From positions 5,315 through 69,314 of the forward strand of contig MESW01000002.1 in assembly GCA_001771135.1 (NCBI GenBank): a stretch of DNA of 64,000 bases, in the 5' to 3' direction. Position numbers and translations under genes: made by a program. Under the pieces are notes generated by a model. That model ran no database searches and had not been told where the DNA came from. It was given only the letters and a program-made list of their open reading frames with translations. This document shows positions 57,386 through 64,000 of the stretch, piece by piece; within the stretch, counting starts at the first letter, position 1, and every line of letters starts with the position of its first letter. Source of the DNA: a candidate division CPR3 bacterium GWF2_35_18 (GTDB lineage Bacteria > Patescibacteriota > CPR3 > GWF2-35-18).

Positions 57386-58867
57386 ATGAAAGTCCTACAG
57401 ATTTGGGGAGCGATTTCCCTGATTATTATTTTTGCTTTCTTATTATCATGGCAACCAATTTTTGCTCTGGCTTTTCTGCTTGGAGTTATTTTTGTAGCTA
57501 TTTCATTTATTAATCCATATTTAGCTACTTACTTGATTGCTATTTTGATTCCTTTTGTTGATCTTATGTCTTCCAAGTGGATGCCTGAAGAATATACAGC
57601 GATAATAAAGTTTGCTTCAGAAATTTCGGTGGGAATTTTACTCCTTACCATTTTTATCAGAAAAGCAGTTCAGAAGGAGAAGTTTTTATTTAACCATGCT
57701 TATCTATATTTTTCTCTCTTTCTTTTATTGTCGGTTTTATCAATTATTGCGAATCAGGTAGACATAGAACACTTTACTTTTGGATTGACTGTGATTATTC
57801 GTTATATCTTTCTTTTTTTTACTGTTTCTCAATTAAAATGGGATAAGAAAAAGTTAAAAACATTCTACGGAGTGATGATTGGAATTGGACTCTTTCAAAT
57901 ACTGATTTCCTTGGGACAGGTAATAATAGGGGATTCCTTCAAGAGTATCTTTGCGGTTGAGGTAAAGAGAGCTATATCTTCAACTACGGTTTATTCGATA
58001 GAAAGACAATCTCTTGATTTGGCTTGGGTTTTTGGAACTTTCTCAAGATATAACTTATTGGGTGGGTTCTTAATGCTTTGGCTAGATTTAGTCTTTGCAG
58101 GACTTTTTATTGTAAGAAGTAAATTCCATAAATTTGGACTTTCTGTTGCTTTGATTTCAGGAATTGTTGTTTTAATTCTTTCCAATTCTCGTAATTCTTG
58201 GATTGGAACATTCTTCGGTTTTATGTCGATTCTGATTCTTCTTAATAAACGTAAAGTGGTAGCTATCGCATCTATTGTCGTTGTTTCTTTGGCTATGCTT
58301 TTGGTTTCTGTGTATGAGCCTGTTTCTTTGTCAATCACGGAAAGCTCTGGGGCTACTCCTGTAGAGCGTTTTTTGGGAGTATTTTCCGGCGAATACATCC
58401 AAAAATCATTACAAAACGATCGGTTATTTCTGATCAGCAAAGCTTCTCAGCAGGTGATTGCATATAAGCCACTACTTGGAGTAGGAATGGGATCAGCTTG
58501 GTCATCTCAAGAAGCAGCCTTTGGAGATTTTAAATATGGAGTCCTTTTAGGTTTGCCTGTTGATGCTTGGTATTACTTAGGAGATGTGGGATGGATTGCC
58601 ATTATGACACAGGTAGGACTTTTGGGTTTAGTGGCATTCTTGGGATTTATCATTAGTCTCTATTCTCAAGCCTCAAAATTGTTAAAAAGATATTTCGGAA
58701 TTGAAAAAGTATTAATCGTGAGTTTCTTGGCCATGATTGTAGCGATGATTATTACCAATATTTGGTCTTTTAACTTTACCTATCGTTCAGTTAGTTTCTA
58801 TTTCTGGCTTGTTGGAGGAGTGGTTTTTAGCTTTTTTGGGAGGTCGAAAAAGGAGCAAATATCATGA
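57386..58867 (+). CDS. O-antigen ligase / Wzy_C domain family polytopic membrane protein
   Basis: About 12 TM segments. Periplasmic loop with LSNSRNSWIG (similar to the O-antigen ligase SRxxxxG motif). Confidence 0.6.
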   Translation: MKVLQIWGAISLIIIFAFLLSWQPIFALAFLLGVIFVAISFINPYLATYLIAILIPFVDLMSSKWMPEEYTAIIKFASEISVGILLLTIFIRKAVQKEKFLFNHAYLYFSLFLLLSVLSIIANQVDIEHFTFGLTVIIRYIFLFFTVSQLKWDKKKLKTFYGVMIGIGLFQILISLGQVIIGDSFKSIFAVEVKRAISSTTVYSIERQSLDLAWVFGTFSRYNLLGGFLMLWLDLVFAGLFIVRSKFHKFGLSVALISGIVVLILSNSRNSWIGTFFGFMSILILLNKRKVVAIASIVVVSLAMLLVSVYEPVSLSITESSGATPVERFLGVFSGEYIQKSLQNDRLFLISKASQQVIAYKPLLGVGMGSAWSSQEAAFGDFKYGVLLGLPVDAWYYLGDVGWIAIMTQVGLLGLVAFLGFIISLYSQASKLLKRYFGIEKVLIVSFLAMIVAMIITNIWSFNFTYRSVSFYFWLVGGVVFSFFGRSKKEQIS

Positions 58868-59919
58868 AAATCTTGATGCTCGTAAATTGGAAAATAAACT
58901 ACTTAGATTCTGAGGATGAACTTATCCAGTCTCCAGACAAAGTAGTGAAAGGGGAACCATACTGGTTTTTTAAATACTTCAAAGAAAAACATGAAGTGGA
59001 TGTCGTGGGAATAAAAACTACTCCCGACTGGATTTATGATTTTGAGAAAAACAAGCTTCATTTTTATCTTCGTCAACCTTTTTCGATGTGGGGAAAAAGC
59101 GAAAAATACGATTTAATTATTTCGCATGGATCACAGTCAAGTCTCTTTCTGTCAATATTAAGAAGAATAAAGAGTAATAAAAATACTCGACATTTACTTA
59201 TCGATGTAGGTTGTATGAATGGAGGAAGAGAAAGTGGTTTAAGTTTAAAACTAGTCAAACTTGCAGGTCATAAACTGGATGGAATTATCTATCATGCTTC
59301 TATTCAAAAAGGATATTACGAAAGATATTTATCTTGGTTAAAGGAGAAATCTTTTTTCATCCCGTTTGGAACGGAAACAGGGTATTATTTTCCTAACTCA
59401 AAAATTAAAGAAGAACCTTTTGTTCTCGCTTATGGAGCTATAAAAAGAGATTATGAGACCTTAATAAAAGCGGCAAAAAGTTTACCACAGATTCAATTTA
59501 AAATTATAGGACTAATTGATTTACCTTTTGAAGTACCGCCCAATGTGGAGTTGATACCTTTTATGGCGGTTGATAAACTGCGTGATTATATTTGGCGTTC
59601 CAGACTGGTAGTGATTCCTTTGCCGGTATTTAATTACGCCTATGGGCAAATGACACTTTTGCAGTCGATGGCCTGTAAAAAGGCGGTTGTGGTGACAAAA
59701 ACACCGAGTACGATTGATTATATTGAAGATAATAAAACCGGGATTTTTGTGAAACCTTATGATGTATCTGATATGAAAGAAAAGATTGAAAGGGTTTGGA
59801 ACGATGAAAAGTTAAGGAAGATGTTAGCGTTGAGTGGAAGTGAATCAGTAAAAGCTCAATTTAATGAAGAATTGATGGGATTGAAAGTAGAAGAGGTGAT
59901 AGAAAAGATTATGAAATAG
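58864..59919 (+). CDS. Glycosyltransferase family 1 (GT4-like, retaining GT-B)
   Basis: C-terminal GT-B nucleotide-sugar binding region (FMAVDKLRDYIWRSRLVVIPL...YGQMTLLQSMACKKAVVVT...). Overlaps the upstream gene by 4 nt (ATGA). Confidence 0.72.
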   Translation: MKILMLVNWKINYLDSEDELIQSPDKVVKGEPYWFFKYFKEKHEVDVVGIKTTPDWIYDFEKNKLHFYLRQPFSMWGKSEKYDLIISHGSQSSLFLSILRRIKSNKNTRHLLIDVGCMNGGRESGLSLKLVKLAGHKLDGIIYHASIQKGYYERYLSWLKEKSFFIPFGTETGYYFPNSKIKEEPFVLAYGAIKRDYETLIKAAKSLPQIQFKIIGLIDLPFEVPPNVELIPFMAVDKLRDYIWRSRLVVIPLPVFNYAYGQMTLLQSMACKKAVVVTKTPSTIDYIEDNKTGIFVKPYDVSDMKEKIERVWNDEKLRKMLALSGSESVKAQFNEELMGLKVEEVIEKIMK

Positions 59920-59948
59920 AGAACTAGATAATAAGTAGATAACAAAAA

Positions 59949-59985
59949 AGCCCCTGGTTTTGATATCAAAACCAGGGGCTTTTTC
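59949..59985. terminator. Bidirectional rho-independent terminator
   Basis: AGCCCCTGGTTTT-GATATC-AAAACCAGGGGCT, flanked by an A-run and a T-run. Confidence 0.75.
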
Positions 59986-60373
59986 TATTTATATTCCTTA
60001 TTCGGCTTGAACTTCCCAAGCCAGCGGTTCAATTACTTGAACGACTTTGTTTAGATGAGTCTAAACAATCTTCAGGTGCTACTTTGCCCCGCCAAAGGCG
60101 GGGGCACATAAGGAAAGGTAGGGAGAGGAGATAGAGTTTGTGAGGTTGGTGTGTGAAGATGTGAAGAAAAGACCAAGATTTGGTCTCACAAATTGTTCTA
60201 TCTCTCTCCCTAGCGGGTTCTTTAATCGCCAAAAGGCGACTTTCGGTGCCCACGGGGTTTATTCCGTGTTACATTGTTCGGGTTTAGACCCGTGGGCACT
60301 TTTTAGCGGGGAACCAAGTCATGCGGTTCAAGGCATGTCTTTTTTAACACTATGCCCGCTTTCGAGCGACTTT

Positions 60374-61687
60374 TTATGGCGCGAGATTAACGTGCCAGCG
60401 CTCGATGATATTTCCGACTTTGATCTCTACCGTCCAGGGGGCGGTGCTTGAGCAACCGGCATCAAAGATGCCGTTGCCATCATCGTCGGTTGCCGTAAGG
60501 CTTTCATCATTGCAAGTGATTTGCATATCGGCGTTATCCACGCTGATTGACAGAAATTCGACATTCAGCGCGAACAAGCCAAAGAGGAAGTCTTCCTGTT
60601 CTGGATTGCTCCAGCCCTGACCGGTGGTGAGAGTGATCGTCCCGCGATCGATGACCGTGGGAGGAGTGTAGTCTTTGTATGCCAGGGGGATAAATATCTG
60701 GTACGTTGTGGGCGCTGGTGAGATGACCGTGACGGTCATGGTGTCACTGACAACATTTCCTGCGACGTTGGTGGCAGCAACCTCAATAACTTTTTCACCC
60801 GGAGTTTCCCAGACGAGGGCTTGTTGTACGCCTAACGACAGTCCGTAAAACTCAATCTCTCCGAGGTCAGTGGCCGTGAAGTGGTAGGTGACGTTGTTAG
60901 TTGCGGTGACGTTCGTCATCGCTGTTAACGTGATTTCTTCACCAATATATCCATTGAGAGGGCCTGCAATTTGCACCCATGTGACGGGCACTATCTGGTC
61001 TGAAATGATTATTTGATTGTAATCCTGGAGACGATACTCAGCCCAAGCAATCATTCCGACGATTTCGGTTTGGCCAGTTTCAGTGAGCACCATAGTGTCT
61101 GTCAGAGTGAAAACTTCATTCGGGATCAGAATTCGATCTCCGCATTGTCCCCACGGAGCCCGTAAGGATACTGTTGCCGTCATGTTGCCGATGTTAGTGA
61201 TGCTGAACTCAACATCGAAGGGTTGATTCACCTGGACTTCTGCAGGGGAATTCACGTACACAGTGAAGAAGGCGTCGTTGCGAACGATTTTAGCCGGAGT
61301 TTCGTTAGTGACGGTGAATGTCCATGTTTCGGTGATGATTCCGTCAGTAATGATGTAGAGATCGTTGATAGGACTCAAGAAAGCCTGGTCGTTATCCATG
61401 CTGAGTGTCCAGGTATAGCCATCAGAGCGGGTTACGATTCCTTCACCATAGGCGTGGATTCCGTCTTGATTGTCCGCATAGAGATGGTTAATTGGGCTGC
61501 CGGCTTCAAAACCTTCGTTTAAAAGATCCATCTCAGGGTTCAGGATGGCTTCTACGGTGATAGTATTTACAGTTTGTGCAGCAGTCGCATTCTGCGTATC
61601 GGCAAAGCTCAATAGAGCAATGACAGCTACGAGCGCGATAAGGATAGAAATTGCCGGGGTTAAGCGGCGGATAGCATAAGCGTTCAC
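60374..61687 (-). CDS. GC-rich secreted protein (437 aa) with a C-terminal DDDGNG Ca-binding-like module; paralogous in part to 54959..56341
   Basis: GTG start with an AAGGAGA RBS 7 nt upstream. Signal peptide ending ATAAQT. The C-terminus (TATDDDGNGIFD...WTVEIKVG...ERWHVNL) resembles TDADGNGTYDFF...WEFTVTDDDGNTETWIFIL of the 460-aa protein. Confidence 0.62.
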   Translation of the reverse strand: MNAYAIRRLTPAISILIALVAVIALLSFADTQNATAAQTVNTITVEAILNPEMDLLNEGFEAGSPINHLYADNQDGIHAYGEGIVTRSDGYTWTLSMDNDQAFLSPINDLYIITDGIITETWTFTVTNETPAKIVRNDAFFTVYVNSPAEVQVNQPFDVEFSITNIGNMTATVSLRAPWGQCGDRILIPNEVFTLTDTMVLTETGQTEIVGMIAWAEYRLQDYNQIIISDQIVPVTWVQIAGPLNGYIGEEITLTAMTNVTATNNVTYHFTATDLGEIEFYGLSLGVQQALVWETPGEKVIEVAATNVAGNVVSDTMTVTVISPAPTTYQIFIPLAYKDYTPPTVIDRGTITLTTGQGWSNPEQEDFLFGLFALNVEFLSISVDNADMQITCNDESLTATDDDGNGIFDAGCSSTAPWTVEIKVGNIIERWHVNLAP

Positions 61688-61999
61688 AGTTTTTCTCCTT
61701 CAGAAAAATTGTATCGGAATTTTTCCGCGAACCAATGGTTGGCGGATTGACTAATAGAGGAAAATAGTTGATTTTTAGCCTGAAGAGAAATAGTTCCTCT
61801 TACTTTACAAGGCTTTTTAGGTTGACTGCTTTTAAGCAGATTGATATTTGAACGCTTCGTGCAATACTCCACTAGGGCTTTCTTTGCGCTAGTGTTGCTC
61901 TTTGATTTAATTCCTAAATCCCAGGTTTCCAATCTGAGAGAGGATCAAAGAGGATTATTTCTTGCAGGAAGAAGTCTTGGGGACAAGGCATTTTCATAT

Positions 62000-62097
62000 G
62001 TCATCCTGAACGAATATTAAGGATCTAGAAACTATTAGTTTCGTAAGAATTCGCTTTGCTAGATTCTTCATTAACATTCAGAATGACAAAAGGGAAA
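62000..62097. repeat. Palindromic repeat family, copy C (GTCATCCTGAACGAATATTAAGGATCTAG ... CTAGATTCTTCATTAACATTCAGAATGAC)
   Basis: Read directly. Has a central AAACTATTAGTTT mini-hairpin. Lies 300 bp beyond the 5' end of the GC-rich minus-strand gene. Confidence 0.6.
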
Positions 62098-62976
62098 ACT
62101 ATTTATTCCCATGATTTCTCCCTGCAAGTATTTGTCTCAATCCTTTTTAAAGTACAAAATCTAAATGTCTTCTTCCGTTTCTTTATTTTCTTACTTTGTT
62201 TTTCTGTAGTTTCGATGGTTTTTAGCTAGAAGAAGGGGAGAGATTTTGTCTGGAGAGATTTTGATCTCTCCACTTCTTTTTAACCAAAAAACCGCCTCTG
62301 GATGGGAGACGGTCAGTGTACCAAAATACTACTTTAAAGCAGTATTTTAAGTCAATTGTCTCTCTCCAGACATATTCAGTTTGTTATTATGTATAATAGC
62401 ACAAATTAAGGGAAAAGTCAATACTATAGGATTAAATATGTGTTTTCTTTAAATTTGGAGAAAGATTAAGAAAAGGGGAAGAGGAGAGGGAAGAGCGAAA
62501 GAAATAAAAGTGGAAACAAGGATAGTTTCAAAAGAGCCAAGGCTCTCCTTTCTATGCCGGACCGTGGTGGTCTTTTGGCTTTTGAAAGTAGCTCCTTGAG
62601 TCTACACTTTTTATCTTTCAGTCTTCCCGTCCACCAAATTGGTGAACTACCGTTTGTATATATTTTAGTTGGATACGGTGGTCCAACCTCCAGAGGGGGG
62701 AGGGAATGGCAAGCTGATCAGGCACACATGGATTTTGTCCACGTTCGCGCGACTGTCATTCTCCTCCCCACTTGGAGTCAAAAATTGTGAGGTGTTTGTG
62801 CCACCAGAATTATCTACAGTCTCCTCAGGCTGTAAAGTTCAAAAGTGACACGAATCCCTATTCGTCCAACAATTTCTTAGACGAATTCGTCTTTCTCTTT
62901 TATCTTCTTTTTCTACCGAGCGGTCCGAGCAGGGTAAATCAATCAGAGAGAAAGGTCTCCCAATCACCTCAAAGCT

Positions 62977-63390
62977 TTACGGCCTTGGCCCGATAGTGGG
63001 CAGAGCAGGTGTTTGGGTGGGGGTGGGGGTCGGTGCGCCAATCAGGGTGTTGCCTGCAGCAGCAACTGTAGCTTTAGCGTTTGTGACGCCATTTGCTGCT
63101 TGTGTTGCCGTCGCCTGAGCGTTGACCAGATTATTGGCCGCTTGTGTAGCAGCATTCTGCTTGTTCTGCAGATTCTGGATAGCGCTTGCCTGATTAGCTT
63201 CAGCGTCTTTGAGTGCGTCAACTGCACCATAAACGCCAGCCGAATCATCTGTCGCGGGGGTCGCGGTCTCTTTGACGGTTATTTCTACTGGAATCCAGTC
63301 CCATGTTTCTGTGGGAAGGTAGTAGTATAACGCCGTCACGAGGACGACTAACCCGAGCAATGCCAATGCATAAAGCCCAAGTTTCTTCAC
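62977..63390 (-). CDS. GC-rich small membrane-anchored Ala/Thr/Gln/Asn-rich protein (137 aa)
   Basis: GTG start with an AAAGGAGA RBS. N-terminal TM helix. Low-complexity AANNLVNAQATATQAANG repeats. Pro/Thr-rich C-terminus. Confidence 0.5.
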   Translation of the reverse strand: MKKLGLYALALLGLVVLVTALYYYLPTETWDWIPVEITVKETATPATDDSAGVYGAVDALKDAEANQASAIQNLQNKQNAATQAANNLVNAQATATQAANGVTNAKATVAAAGNTLIGAPTPTPTQTPALPTIGPRP

Positions 63391-63825
63391 GTTATTCTCC
63401 TTTCTCCATTGTGACGCCTTTAATGCGCGTCAGAATTTGAATTTACTTCCTCTCGGACCAGAGGAAGACGGGGGTTTTCCCCTTGATTTTCCGGTAAGGG
63501 AGAAAGGTTGTAAAAGCAACCCTTTTTCCTTACCAGAAAGAGAAAGGAGGAGGAATTTTTCCATCTTTTGATGGTAAATAATAAGGAACTTCTCCATAAA
63601 GTCGAAGTATAGTGTTGTTATTCTTCGAGCGAAGTCGAGAAGTACCATGATAATAGGTGCTAGATTGTTTTTCCTTTTCAGGCTTAAAGGAGAGGAGAAT
63701 CTGTGATTCGTTGGAGTGAATTTTAAACTCTCCTCACCTTGAGTCAAAAAAGGAATATTTTACTATTATAAATATGGGGAAAAGACTTTAAGACAAGCTT
63801 ATTATCTCTCTCCATATACAAAAAA

Positions 63826-63860
63826 AGCTCTCATTCGTCAGAGAGCTCCATCAAGCTTTT
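63826..63860 (-). terminator. Rho-independent terminator on the minus strand
   Basis: Reverse complement reads AGCTCTC-TGACGAAT-GAGAGCT followed by TTTTTTTTG. Confidence 0.55.
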
Positions 63861-64000
63861 ATATATATTTCTCCAACGAACAGGGCAGTATAGCATAAAA
63901 TGAAAGGAATGTCAATACTATAGGGTAAATGATTATCCCACTCTTGTGGTGACAAAAGAATCAGTTAAAATTGACACTAAATTACGTCATCAAGGAATTC

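Noticed and set aside
54114-62097. Interpreting the palindromic repeats as integron attC sites that define an integron cassette array
   Set aside because: There is no intI integrase and no attI/Pc in the window. The arms do not show the GTTRRRY / RYYYAAC core sites. The weaker MITE/REP-like or cassette-boundary interpretation is kept.
62554-62996. Track ORFs 62554..62790 and 62772..62996 on the + strand
   Set aside because: They have no RBS and low-complexity translations. They lie in a hairpin-rich spacer (the GAGCCAAGGCTC and CACCAAATTGGTG palindromes) and overlap the 3' end of the minus-strand 137-aa gene. Probably non-coding.

Overview
This 64 kb window is gene-dense and low-GC (roughly one-third G+C) and looks like a bacterial chromosome segment. 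It has a small-genome, anaerobe-like flavour (2-oxoacid:ferredoxin oxidoreductase, flavodoxin, sortase plus an LPXTG protein, many secreted or membrane hypotheticals), so a Patescibacteria (CPR)-like or Firmicutes-like origin is possible but unproven. I found about 60 protein genes. The recognisable ones include:
- three divalent-metal transporters (CDF, ZIP, NRAMP), a PAP2 phosphatase, a GNAT and a flavodoxin;
- GH18 and clan GH-A glycoside hydrolases and a NodB deacetylase;
- a DUF134/DUF5320 pair, a thioredoxin-CcdA fusion, RluA, RlmN and TruB;
- an RRM protein, an ECF sigma/anti-sigma pair, KorAB, pyruvate kinase and a Nfu-type Fe-S protein;
- a TMTC/PMT-like TPR glycosyltransferase, a 1217-aa LPXTG surface protein with an adjacent sortase, an O-antigen-ligase-like protein and a GT4 glycosyltransferase;
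- an unusual four-gene operon of two ATP-grasp ligases, a DmpA (S58) peptidase and an AstE/AspA-family deacylase.
I did not see any rRNA, tRNA or CRISPR array.

The most unusual observations:
1. At least five strongly GC-rich blocks (about 50-60 % GC, with GC-rich third codon positions) lie inside the AT-rich background. They carry genes with canonical Shine-Dalgarno sites (two with GTG starts). Two of the encoded secreted proteins share DxDGNG calcium-binding-like modules. Two operon-like islands (17.0-18.3 kb and 36.5-37.55 kb) share a related upstream leader rich in CAACCAA/CCAAT repeats.
2. A roughly 2 kb ORF-free region (52.96-54.96 kb) holds four consensus sigma70 promoters (TTGACA-17-TATACT) and two paralogous promoter-to-terminator small-RNA-like units.
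3. A palindromic, roughly 60-100 bp repeat family (GTCATYCTGARCG...CGYTCAGRATGAC) has three copies, two of which bracket one GC-rich gene block.
4. A two-gene module (a small soluble protein of about 95 aa plus a membrane protein of about 235-252 aa) is duplicated with reversed gene order at 1.9-2.9 kb and 37.7-38.8 kb.

Where the ORF-track start was a TTG or GTG placed well upstream of an ATG that has a ribosome-binding site, I moved the start to that ATG. All functional calls come from motif-level reading of the translations, not from database searches.
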